DNA of 64,000 nt, taken from Candidatus Doudnabacteria bacterium (GTDB lineage Bacteria > Patescibacteriota > JAQUNI01). Location of the stretch: positions 84,603-148,602 of the forward strand of contig JBAZQX010000002.1 in the NCBI GenBank assembly GCA_041644975.1, given 5' to 3'. Of the stretch, positions 1 to 9,152 are shown in pieces. Made by a program: the position numbers and the translations under genes. The number at the start of each line of letters is the position of its first letter. The first letter of the stretch is position 1. The notes under the pieces were generated by a model. It made no database searches. It was not told where the DNA came from and worked only from the letters and a program-made list of their open reading frames with translations.

Positions 1-117
1 TTTGTGAAAAAGTAAGCGACAAGATGACAAAGAATGCGTGTTATAGGGAGTATGCAATTAACCTTTCTGATAAATAAATTTTATTGTATAATAGCATAAA
101 GGATTAAACAAAATCAG

Positions 118-873
118 ATGTCCAAATTAAAAATATTTATTCTAATCTTCGTAGTTGTTGCTTTTGTTTTTGGTATTTATAAATCGGGTTTAATTTCTAA
201 AGTAACAAAAAAAGAAACTGGAGAGAAAATTGGTACTTTTATCTCTGAGGATAGGAATTTTTCAGTCCCATCTGTTTACCATATTGTCAATGTTCCTTAT
301 TATAGTGAAAAGAATTGGTGTTGGGGGTCAAGTACCTTGATGCTTTTAATGGAAAGAGGGTTTACGGAAAAGGAAATCCAAAACGCTCGGGCTGTTATTA
401 AAAATGAGGGTCGTGGAGGACCACCTGATATGTTTATCGCTTTTCAAAAGTATGGGTTGGTTGATAAAGTTCGTATCGCCTATTCAAAAAAATATGTAAA
501 AGAATATGCAGATTTTTACAACAGCCAACTCTTAGTTAATCCAGCAGAACAGACCATGCTTTTTGATAATCAGGATGAGGCATTTAATTATCTAAAATTC
601 TTGATTTCTTCAGATGTGTTGGTGATGATAGTTGTCCATAATGGCAACCATTTTGTTATTGCCACAGGTTATGATGATAACTATGTTTATACCAATGATC
701 CTGGTTGGGATAATGGCTATGATTATAAAATTGATTCGGATCTCGAATTAAAGCAAAGAAGAATTGCCGTGGATGATTTCTTGGAAGAGTGGAGTATTGG
801 AGGCCAAGCAGAAGAAATTGGAGAAATGATTGGCTTTCCCGGTGATTATGGAATGATTTGGCTGGAGAATTAA
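118..873 (+). CDS. Membrane-anchored C39-like (papain-fold) cysteine peptidase
   Basis: N-terminal TM; VPYYSEKNWCWGSS (catalytic Cys) and GNHFVIATGYD...YTNDP (His/Asp) match the C39-like pattern. Confidence 0.7.
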   Translation: MSKLKIFILIFVVVAFVFGIYKSGLISKVTKKETGEKIGTFISEDRNFSVPSVYHIVNVPYYSEKNWCWGSSTLMLLMERGFTEKEIQNARAVIKNEGRGGPPDMFIAFQKYGLVDKVRIAYSKKYVKEYADFYNSQLLVNPAEQTMLFDNQDEAFNYLKFLISSDVLVMIVVHNGNHFVIATGYDDNYVYTNDPGWDNGYDYKIDSDLELKQRRIAVDDFLEEWSIGGQAEEIGEMIGFPGDYGMIWLEN

Positions 874-891
874 GAAGGTTAAATAAGAAAA

Positions 892-1260
892 TTGTGTGAG
901 AGGGGGGATTTGATAGTTAAAAATAGCTTCTTTATTGGAGAAATAGGGGTCGACTCTATTTTTTTTAAGATTTATCGCTTTAGCGATGGGCAGGCCATTG
1001 AGCCGGACTTTGTGTTGTTTTTAAAAGAAAAAGGAGGCAAAAAAACTTTATCATACCAGCTTTTTGTTGAGCCGAAAGGCAACAGGGGTTTGATTGAGGA
1101 TAAATGGAAGGAAGACTTTTTAAAGGAAATAGAAGCGCAGTTTAGGATTGAAACCTTATTTGAGAAAGGTAAATACAAAATTATTGGTCTTCCTTTCTAT
1201 AATGAACAGAACACTAAACAGGAGTTTAGTAATACATTTAAGGAAAAATTAGCTTTATAA
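892..1260 (+). pseudogene. C-terminal fragment of a type III restriction enzyme Res subunit (PD-(D/E)xK nuclease end)
   Basis: EPDFVLFL...YQLFVEPKG...DKWKEDFL...IIGLPFYN is typical of Res C-termini; helicase part absent; weak TTG start. Confidence 0.65.
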
Positions 1261-1276
1261 TCAATAATTTACTCAA

Positions 1277-1599
1277 ATGAATTTAAAGGAATTTATATCT
1301 AAAACAATTAATGACATAGTAGAAGGGGTGGAAGAAGCGTCGGAAAAATTAAAGGGAAAAAATAAAGAGATTGGGATATATTCTGCAGGTAGTTCTGACC
1401 AGCGACATATTGAGTTTGATGTCGCGGTCACAGTGGATAATAAGAATAAAAATGAGAAAAGTGGAGGTGGTGGAATTAGGGTATTGAGCATAGTTCAGGT
1501 AAGTGGAGGTCTTCAAGCAAAAAAATAACTGAGTCATCCGATTCAACAGTTAGTAGAATTAAATTTGGTCTCAGAATTAAAGATATAAAAAGAAAATAA
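1277..1599 (+). pseudogene. Small conserved protein (trypco2-like), frameshifted at an A7 run (1519-1525)
   Basis: MNLKEFI..IEFDVAVTV..GGGGIRV stops at 1528; the -1 frame continues ITESSDSTVSRIKFGL... to TAA at 1597-1599. Confidence 0.55.
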
Positions 1600-1685
1600 A
1601 TTATTCGCTATTGACTGTGTTTTTTGCAAATATGGGTGGGCGGTAAATAAACGCGCAAAAAATTAAAGAATAATAAATAATGAAT

Positions 1686-1827
1686 GTTGGGGTGATGGAA
1701 CAAAATTTGACAGATTAAGTTTGTTGAAAAATCATTTTTTGAAAACAAGTGTTTTCTTGCATAATTTTTATTTTTTTATTGATTTATAGATTTGGATCAG
1801 TTCGGAAAATAGGTAATCTGCGGAGCC
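1686..1827 (+). repeat. Intergenic spacer repeat (degenerate A/B plus segment C)
   Basis: TTTTGAAAACAAGTGTTTTCTTGCATAAT...TTGATTTATAGATTT...ATAGGTAATCTGCGGAGC closely matches 5451-5547 and 8841-8937. Confidence 0.9.
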
Positions 1828-1993
1828 ATTCGACGGGCTCGGGGTCTCAAAAAGGTACCTGACACCTTTTCTTTTCTCTGGCGGCGGCGGTTGTTATTTT
1901 GCCGGTTTTTAATTTTTTGACAATAAAAATATTAAGGAGTAGGCTGATGGTAAACAAGGGGGGTTATTATTAATAATTAAATTAAATAAAAAT

Positions 1994-4900
1994 ATGAAAA
2001 AATATACATCGTTTGTGTTAGTCGTTTTTTCTGTGGTATTTGTCTCTATGTTTGCAAGGGGGGCCTCTGCTTTTACCGGAGGCGACGGTTCTTCTGGAAA
2101 CCCTTATCAAATAACTAATTGCGTTCAGTTGCAAGAGATGAACAATAACTTGACTGCAAATTATGTTTTAATAAATGATATTGATTGTTCTGATACTGTT
2201 AACTGGAATTCTGGAGCCGGACTTGCGCCTATCGGAACACCGGCCTCCCCATTTACAGGAACTTTTGATGGACAAGAGCATAAAATAACTGGCTTGTTCA
2301 TAAACAGGCCTTCTACTAATTATGTTGGTTTGTTTGGCAAGAATTCTGGTACAATACAAAATGTTGGTTTAGTAGATGTTGACATAACTGGTAATGATTA
2401 TGTGGGAGGACTAAGGGGTTATAATGAAGGAGCCATAACAAACTCCTATGCAACTGGAAGAGTAAGTGGCAGATATTATGTAGGAGGATTAGTTGGTGTA
2501 AATGTGGGAGCTATAACAAACTCCTATGCAACTGGAAGAGTAAGTGGTGGTGCTTATTTAGGAGGATTAGTTGGTTGGAGTAATGTAGCTATAACAAACT
2601 CCTATGCAACTGGAAATGTAACTGGTGGTGATTATTTAGGAGGATTAGTTGGTTTTAATGGGGGAGTAGGAGCCATAACAAACTCCTATGCAATTGGAAA
2701 TGTAAGTGGTACTAATGGTAATGTAGGAGGATTAGTTGGTTTTAATTATGCAGGAGCCATAACAAACTCCTATGCAACTGGAAGAGTAAGTGGTGGTGCT
2801 TATGTGGGAGGGTTAGTTGGTTGGAGTTATTATTATAGAGGAACCATAACAAATTCTTATTGGGATACAGAAACATCTGGTCAGCCTACGAGTGCGGGTG
2901 GAACAGGAAAAACAACAGCAGGAATGAAACAACAATCCACTTTTGTGGGTTGGGATTTTGCTACTATATGGGCGATTAAGGAAGGAGTTAGTTATCCTTA
3001 TTTCTCATGGCAAATTCCTCCTGTCGTAGATTCAGACGGCGATGGTTATTCTTCAGCCGTGGATTGTAATGACAACAATCCCAATATTCATCCGGGTGCA
3101 ACAGAGGTCTGTGATGGTGTGGATAATGATTGTGATGGTGCGATTGATGAGGGTTTAGTAGGACCTTATACTCCTAATCAGATGGGTGTTTGTGCAGGTT
3201 CGAATATGAGTTGTGCAGGTGTAAATGGTTGGGTTGTAACATATCCTTCAAATTATGAGCCTACAGAAGTATCATGTGATGGTAAGGATAATGATTGTGA
3301 TGGAACAATTGACGAATTTTGTGATACAACGCCACCTGTCGCCCCCGATGCTCCGGACCTGCAAGCAGCCAGCGATACGGGCTCTTCCGATACCGATAAC
3401 ATTACCAACGACAATACTCCCTCCTTTGACATCACCGGACTTGAATCCAACAGCACGGTGACTGTTTACGATGGCAGTAATATCTTGGGAACAATGGTTA
3501 TCCCGGGCGGCTACACTTTTGGAACCTTTACACCCGCAAGCCCGATGAATGAAGGTATATACGTCATTACGGCTACCCAGACAGATGCGGCTGGCAATGT
3601 CGGCCCGATATCACCGGCAATGGTGCCCAATTTGCTTATTGATACAACCCCGCCTGTAATTGCTGCCCACGCTGACGTTACCGTTGAAGCCACTTCTCCA
3701 GCCGGTGCAGTTGTTACTTATGAATTGCCAACCGCTACTGACAACTATGATACTAACGTGGTAGTGACATGTACTCCAGTTTCTGGTTCAACATTCCCAC
3801 TAGGCGATACCACCGTGACCTGTACCGCAACAGATTTGGCAGGCAATAATACTATCCTGGCCACCAGGACTGTACATGTTAATGTTACCGTTGAGGCCGC
3901 TTGTTCGGCCGGAGCAGTTGTTACTTATGAATTGCCAACCGCAACCGATAATAATGGTGCAAGTGTTATTATGACCTGCACTTTTCCTCCAGGTTCAACA
4001 TTCCCACTAGGCGATACCACCGTGACCTGTACCGCAACAGATTCATCAGGCATCGTAATTTCAACCACATTTGTTGTTCATGTTGTAGATTCTACTCCGC
4101 CAGTAATTACTGCTCATGCTGACGTTACCGTTGAGGCCATCTCTGCGGCCGGAGCAGTTGTTACTTATGAATTGCCAACCGCAACCGACAACTATGATGC
4201 TAACGTGGCAGTGACATGCACTCCAGTTTCTGGTTCAATTTTTCCTCTCGGTGATACGACCGTAACCTGCAACGCTCATGATAACGCCGGCAACGTTGCA
4301 ATCCCGACAACGTTCAAGGTTTCAGTACAGGATAAAACCGCGCCGACAATTACAATAATTACACCTGTGTCATATGGACTTTATACAGTTGGAACAGCTC
4401 TTGATTTTTCTGCCACCGATGACCAGAGTGGCATTGCGAGTGTTGTAGGAAATCTGAAAAATACGCTTGACGTATCAAAACAGGTCGCAAGCGGCGATGT
4501 GCCTGAACCGGGTGTTTATACGCTAGTAGTAACTGCCACGGACAATGCCGGCAACATCAAGGTAAGCGATACCGTGAACTTCGTTGTCTATGATCCAAGT
4601 GGTGGGTTTGCCATCGGTGGAGGATGGTTCTATCCGGATGATTCGGAAGGCAGTTTATCTTCTGCGGGCAAGGCCAATTTCGGCTTCAATGCAAAATATA
4701 AAGACTCCAGTTCCACTGGCAACCTTGAATTCCAGTACAAGAGTGGTCCTGACATCAATTTAAAAAGCACCACGATTGACTGGCTGGTCATCAGCGAAAC
4801 AAGCGCTCAATTTCAGGGTACGGGCACCATTAACGGCACCGGACTCTATACTTTCCGAGTAATGGCAAAAGACAATGCTGAACCGGGAATAGGAGCCGAC

Positions 4901-5005
4901 CATTTTGATATAAGAATCTGGGGCGGTACCGATACCAGCGCGGGAATTGTCTACAAAGCAAAGAATACCCTTTCCGGCGGTAATATTGTGGTTCACAAGA
5001 AATAA
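1994..5005 (+). CDS. Secreted multidomain surface protein: GLUG repeats, Cys/Asp metal-binding (MopE-like) repeats, Ig-like, HYR repeats, C-terminal beta domain
   Basis: Signal peptide; VGGLVG..ITNSYATG repeats; DCND..IHPGATEVCDGVDNDCDG; DTGSSDTDNITNDNTP; SGSTFPLGDTTVTCTATD repeats. Confidence 0.85.
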   Translation: MKKYTSFVLVVFSVVFVSMFARGASAFTGGDGSSGNPYQITNCVQLQEMNNNLTANYVLINDIDCSDTVNWNSGAGLAPIGTPASPFTGTFDGQEHKITGLFINRPSTNYVGLFGKNSGTIQNVGLVDVDITGNDYVGGLRGYNEGAITNSYATGRVSGRYYVGGLVGVNVGAITNSYATGRVSGGAYLGGLVGWSNVAITNSYATGNVTGGDYLGGLVGFNGGVGAITNSYAIGNVSGTNGNVGGLVGFNYAGAITNSYATGRVSGGAYVGGLVGWSYYYRGTITNSYWDTETSGQPTSAGGTGKTTAGMKQQSTFVGWDFATIWAIKEGVSYPYFSWQIPPVVDSDGDGYSSAVDCNDNNPNIHPGATEVCDGVDNDCDGAIDEGLVGPYTPNQMGVCAGSNMSCAGVNGWVVTYPSNYEPTEVSCDGKDNDCDGTIDEFCDTTPPVAPDAPDLQAASDTGSSDTDNITNDNTPSFDITGLESNSTVTVYDGSNILGTMVIPGGYTFGTFTPASPMNEGIYVITATQTDAAGNVGPISPAMVPNLLIDTTPPVIAAHADVTVEATSPAGAVVTYELPTATDNYDTNVVVTCTPVSGSTFPLGDTTVTCTATDLAGNNTILATRTVHVNVTVEAACSAGAVVTYELPTATDNNGASVIMTCTFPPGSTFPLGDTTVTCTATDSSGIVISTTFVVHVVDSTPPVITAHADVTVEAISAAGAVVTYELPTATDNYDANVAVTCTPVSGSIFPLGDTTVTCNAHDNAGNVAIPTTFKVSVQDKTAPTITIITPVSYGLYTVGTALDFSATDDQSGIASVVGNLKNTLDVSKQVASGDVPEPGVYTLVVTATDNAGNIKVSDTVNFVVYDPSGGFAIGGGWFYPDDSEGSLSSAGKANFGFNAKYKDSSSTGNLEFQYKSGPDINLKSTTIDWLVISETSAQFQGTGTINGTGLYTFRVMAKDNAEPGIGADHFDIRIWGGTDTSAGIVYKAKNTLSGGNIVVHKK

Positions 5006-5078
5006 AAAGGGGGAGATGTCCCTCCAGAGGCGGGCAAGCAGGTACCATTAATTTACCCATGACCATTGCAATAGATAA

Positions 5079-5583
5079 ATATAGTAAGTAGCGTGGTGGG
5101 GTAAAAATTGCTATACTGAAGTTATGAAAAAATATCCTCTGGGCCTATATGTAATTGGTGTTATTATCGTTCTCGTGCTTATAAACTACATCGCGTGGTT
5201 CGTGGGAGGAGAGGCGAAGTTAAAAAGTTTTGAACTACTCTCCGGCGGCTTTTTGTTAGGAATGCTGGCAATGTATATAGCGGTGCATATCTATCGGTGG
5301 AAATAAGAGACCTTATTGAACACCAAATTGTCTCAAATCCGGCATGTAAATATACTCATTTTGTCGCTGGATAATAGTTCTAACATTGTCCACCTAGGGG
5401 AAGAGGTTTTATTAAAAAGTTTCGAAAGGAGTTATACCTATTTGTAAAATATTTTGAAAACAAGTGTTTTCTTGCATAATCTTTATTTTTTCTTTTATTG
5501 ATTTATAGATTTTGATTAGTTTAGAAGATAGGTAACCCGCGGAGCTAAAAAAAAATTGCCATTTGAGCAGTTTTTGGTAGAAT
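5079..5583 (+). repeat. Intergenic spacer repeat, nearly complete (A | small gene | B-C-D)
   Basis: A at 5079-5107; B resumes near 5335 (ATGTAAATATACTCATTTTG); C at 5451-5547; D at 5548-5583. Confidence 0.85.
5124..5306 (+). CDS. Small two-TM membrane protein (60 aa)
   Basis: ATG start, two hydrophobic helices, upstream TGCTATACT extended -10. Confidence 0.6.
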   Translation: MKKYPLGLYVIGVIIVLVLINYIAWFVGGEAKLKSFELLSGGFLLGMLAMYIAVHIYRWK

Positions 5584-5644
5584 GAAATTAGTAGAATAAA
5601 AAAGGTCGAAGGATTTAAAAATTAAATTTTAACAAAATAAAAAT

Positions 5645-6457
5645 ATGGATAATATAAATGTAAGCCAAAGAATAAAAGACATAAAACCAGGAAAAGTTAT
5701 CTCCTGCATAATTATTGGAGTGTTTGTCCTAACGTTTATCCTTAGTGCTTTTGGAACCATAGGAGCGGGTGAGCGAGGAGTGCTTCTTCAGTTTGGAGCA
5801 GTTCAAGATAAAGTATTTAATGAGGGGCTCTATTTTAAAATACCGTTTATTCAGAAAGTAGTGAAAATGGATGTAAAAATTCAAAAAGATGAAATCCCAG
5901 CAAGCGCTTCTTCTAAGGATCTACAGGTAGTAACTTCTAGAATTGCTTTGAATTATCATCTTGATCCAAGCGTAGTAAATAAAATCTGGCAGGAGGTGGG
6001 GAAAAATTACAACACCCGTATCATTGCTCCTTCTATCCAAGAAGGAGTGAAAGCGGTAACGGCAAAATTCACAGCCGAGGAATTGATTACCAAAAGAGAA
6101 GAAGTGAAAGAACAAATCAAAGCAAATCTTACTGACAGATTATTTGAACATGCCATTATAGTTGATGAGTTTAACATTATTGATTTTGAATTTTCGCCAG
6201 CATTTAATGATGCCATTGAATCTAAAGTTAGAGCCGAACAGCTAAAACTTAAAGCTGATAGAGATTTAGAAAGAATAAAAATTGAGAAAGAACAAATGAT
6301 AGCGGCTGCTCAAGGTAAGGCAGAAGCTATCAGAATTGAAGCGCAAGCATTAATGCAGAATCCTAAAGTGGTAGAACTTCGTTGGATAGAAAAGTGGGAT
6401 GGAAAAGTTCCAACTTACTGGGGAGAAGCAAGTCCATTTATCGGAATAAATAAGTAA
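5645..6457 (+). CDS. Prohibitin / SPFH (band 7) family protein
   Basis: GERGVLLQFG, EGLYFKIPF, SKDLQVV, FTAEELITKRE, FSPAFNDAIESK, WIEKWDG. Confidence 0.92.
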   Translation: MDNINVSQRIKDIKPGKVISCIIIGVFVLTFILSAFGTIGAGERGVLLQFGAVQDKVFNEGLYFKIPFIQKVVKMDVKIQKDEIPASASSKDLQVVTSRIALNYHLDPSVVNKIWQEVGKNYNTRIIAPSIQEGVKAVTAKFTAEELITKREEVKEQIKANLTDRLFEHAIIVDEFNIIDFEFSPAFNDAIESKVRAEQLKLKADRDLERIKIEKEQMIAAAQGKAEAIRIEAQALMQNPKVVELRWIEKWDGKVPTYWGEASPFIGINK

Positions 6458-6473
6458 AATAATGAATGGATTT

Positions 6474-6542
6474 AAAAAATCGTCTTTTTGGCGATTTTTT
6501 GATAAAATAAAAAAAGATATAGTGAGTAGCAGAGTAGGGTAT
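6474..6542 (+). repeat. Spacer repeat: hairpin D joined directly to motif A
   Basis: AAAAAATCGTC..GGCGATTTTTTGATAAAATAAAAAAAG followed at once by ATATAGTGAGTAGC. Confidence 0.8.
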
Positions 6543-6582
6543 ACCCGAAATGTCAGACCAGCGCTAATAATTGTCTAACTTG

Positions 6583-6808
6583 TGCTATAATAACTTCAGG
6601 AACAGGACAAGCTCTCTCCTATTCAAAAGTTCTAAAGCTGTCCTGCCAAGCGAGCTATGAAAAGCTTAAATGATATTCCAAAAGTTTGCAGTGCGTGCGG
6701 CAGTAGAATGCTAATAGTAAGTTGTTAAAGCTATTTTAAAGTTTGCGAATCCTTTCAAAAAGTAGTTCTTATTTCGCACGGTCATTCATAAAAGACCGTG
6801 CTTTTTTT
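6583..6808 (+). ncRNA. Candidate small transcription unit (sRNA or 23-aa peptide)
   Basis: TGCTATAAT extended -10 (6583-6591); stem CAGGACA/TGTCCTG (6603-6645); strong intrinsic terminator; only a 23-codon ORF (6657-6728) inside. Confidence 0.35.
6776..6808 (+). terminator. Rho-independent terminator
   Basis: GCACGGTC-loop-GACCGTGC followed by T7. Confidence 0.8.
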
Positions 6809-6889
6809 GTATTTATTTTTTGATTACTTAAATATATTTAGCATTTGTAAGAGGAAGATTTTCAAATTCTTTCATGATTTTGTACCAAT

Positions 6890-6953
6890 CTATTGTCCTG
6901 AATGTGTCCAATAGGGGGAGCAAATAAAAAATCGCCCGAAAGGCGGTTTTTTG
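6890..6953 (+). repeat. Spacer repeat remnant (B/C piece plus hairpin D)
   Basis: TATTGTCC..TAGGGGGAGC then AAAAAATCGCC-CGAAA-GGCGGTTTTTT. Confidence 0.6.
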
Positions 6954-7112
6954 ATTAGTATATTTAATGAAATATATTTGACACTTTAATGAGTTATGGA
7001 GAGAATTAAAAGCTGAGTATATATTGTCTTTGCTGTCATTATAAAATAATTAATATTACATTTTCAGAGTTTCCTTCCTCTTTTCGGGTAAAGTATAGAG
7101 TCTTAATGATTT

Positions 7113-7865
7113 ATGATTTTTATTACTAATATTTTAAAATTCGTCGCCATCATAATTGTTTTTTTGTTAGCGCCGATATCATTTTTAATAATTTTTTTAA
7201 TTGCTAATTCAGAATATAGAAAAGAGAAAAATCATAATAAAGATTGTAATATTTTTCATATACTTGATGATTATTTTGAGATAACTAAAAAGCTAATTAA
7301 AAAATTAACTAAGTTAGATTTTTTTGATTGGATCAACCTTATTTTGTTTCTCTCGGGAATAATATTGATGGCATCATTCAGGTATTTTTATAAAATATCA
7401 TATGAGCAGTTATTGACAGTCATTATTTTATGGTTTACAGGGATTGCTATTTTACAATACACCAAAGAAACATACTGGTTAAGACAATTACAGCAAAAGA
7501 ATTTAAAGTTACAACGAGAGCATTTAAAATTTGAGAGAGCACCTTTCGTTATTATTCATTTCGAGAAGCCAGAAACATTTATATTGAAAAACGTCGGGAA
7601 GGGCGTTGCTCGTAATGTTCGATGGGAGGTTAGAGGCGAAAAATTTATATATCCAAGAAAGACCGTAATTTCTCCAAATGAAGGATCAACATGGATTCAA
7701 AATGAGGGTTACAGAAAATTTAATCCAGCAGAAAGTAATAAACCGTATGAGATCATAATTGTTTATGAAGATTTAAGCGGGATTAAATATTATACTAGAC
7801 TAAAGTCTGGTGAAACGGTTGATGACTATGAAGTTTTAAACTATTCTGAATATTTTGAAAATTGA
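7113..7865 (+). CDS. Hypothetical membrane protein (3 TM plus soluble beta domain)
   Basis: Long AT-rich ORF; TM segments then P..I....LKNVGKGVARNV motif common in accessory proteins. Confidence 0.7.
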   Translation: MIFITNILKFVAIIIVFLLAPISFLIIFLIANSEYRKEKNHNKDCNIFHILDDYFEITKKLIKKLTKLDFFDWINLILFLSGIILMASFRYFYKISYEQLLTVIILWFTGIAILQYTKETYWLRQLQQKNLKLQREHLKFERAPFVIIHFEKPETFILKNVGKGVARNVRWEVRGEKFIYPRKTVISPNEGSTWIQNEGYRKFNPAESNKPYEIIIVYEDLSGIKYYTRLKSGETVDDYEVLNYSEYFEN

Positions 7866-7886
7866 ACCTAACAAATCAGCAAATTT

Positions 7887-8075
7887 AAGGTAAGGTCTTG
7901 AATCGTGAATCCCCGTTCCTTTTTTATTGTAGAATATATAGTGAGCCACGGGGTGGGGTAAAATTTGATAAACTAAGATTGCTGTTTTAAAACAGTAATG
8001 TAAATATATTCATTTTGTTGCCTAATAATGGTTCTAACCCTTCGGCAAGCTCAGGGCAAGCTATTATTTACGATG
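7887..8075 (+). repeat. Spacer repeat (E-A-B) with inserted CCCTTCGGCAAGCTCAGGGCAAG element
   Basis: GGTCTTGAA, ATATAGTGAGCCACGGGGTGGGGTAAAATTTGATAAACTAAGATTGC, ATGTAAATATATTCATTTTG, GTTCTAAC. Confidence 0.85.
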
Positions 8076-8225
8076 TGGAGCAAATTAAAATAACTGCTTA
8101 TCGATGCGGTTATTTTTTTGATATCCAGAATTGGATTTAAACTCTTTAATTTCTTCGATTTAAATAACCTGCTATAATAAAAATATCCCCCAAGCAAGCT
8201 ATAGTTGGGTAATTGATTAATTATT

Positions 8226-8729
8226 ATGAATAAGCATTTAAAAGTTAAATCTTTCCAAGAAACTTTAAATGCCGGCATGTGCGGGCCGGCTTCTTTGAAA
8301 ATTTTGCTATCTTACTACGGGATTAAAAGGGACGAAAAAGAGTTGGCAGATTTATGCGGAACAAAAAAGGGTTTAGGCACTGATGATCAAGGGATAAAGA
8401 GAGTAGCCGAAAGTTTAGGATTCAAGGTAAAAATAAAAAACAACAGCAGTTTTAAGGATATAGAAAGATGGCTAGATAAAGATGTGCCTATTATTGTAAA
8501 TTGGTTTACTCGTGGAAGAGCGGATTATACGGACGCAGATGTTCCAGATGGCCATTATTCAGTGGTTTGCGGAATTGATGATCAATCTATTTATTTACAG
8601 GATCCGGAAATAGGCAGGATCCGAAAAATCAAAAAAAATGATTTTAAACGAGTATGGTTCGACTTCTCCGGCGAACTGATCAAACCCAATGAGCTCATTA
8701 TTATGCAGATGATTGCTATATATAAATAG
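8226..8729 (+). CDS. Stand-alone C39 family cysteine peptidase
   Basis: FQETLNAGMCGPASLKILLSYYG, DGHYSVV, IYLQDP. Confidence 0.85.
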   Translation: MNKHLKVKSFQETLNAGMCGPASLKILLSYYGIKRDEKELADLCGTKKGLGTDDQGIKRVAESLGFKVKIKNNSSFKDIERWLDKDVPIIVNWFTRGRADYTDADVPDGHYSVVCGIDDQSIYLQDPEIGRIRKIKKNDFKRVWFDFSGELIKPNELIIMQMIAIYK

Positions 8730-8972
8730 GGAGTAGCGGGTCACGTCGTTCGCGAACGACGTGGCGGGGTGGGGTAAAACCTAATAGATTAGGCTCGTCG
8801 AGAGTGGATTTTTTTTAAAAAGTTTCAAAAGGTTGTAAAATATTTTGATAACAAGCGATTTTTTGCATAATCTTTATCTTTTCTTTGATTGATTGATAGA
8901 TTTTGATTAGTTTAGAAGATAGGTAACCCGCGGAGCCAGAATTCCAGAAATCGCTGCTTTGGCGATTTTTTT
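8722..8972 (+). repeat. Spacer repeat (A with palindrome insert, C, D)
   Basis: ATAGGGAGTAGCGGGTCACGTCGTTCGCGAACGACGTGGCGGGGTGGGGTAAAA; C near-identical to 5451-5547; AAATCGC..GCGATTTT. Confidence 0.9.
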
Positions 8973-9152
8973 ATAGAGTGAGAATAGATTTATTGAGATT
9001 AATATCGATAGAAATGCCAAAAAGCAAGACCTGATCACGAGATTGTAATGGTGGATTTATTTCCATGACCGTGATATAAAGAGGTTGTCACAGAGACAGT
9101 ATTAAGTCCGTAACATTTAACACTGGGTAGTTTTCCAGGGAGGATTTTCGAA

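Noticed and set aside
5410-5478. Peptide MQENTCFQN.. on the reverse strand of segment C
   Set aside because: Very short, and the frame and length are not preserved among the three C copies.
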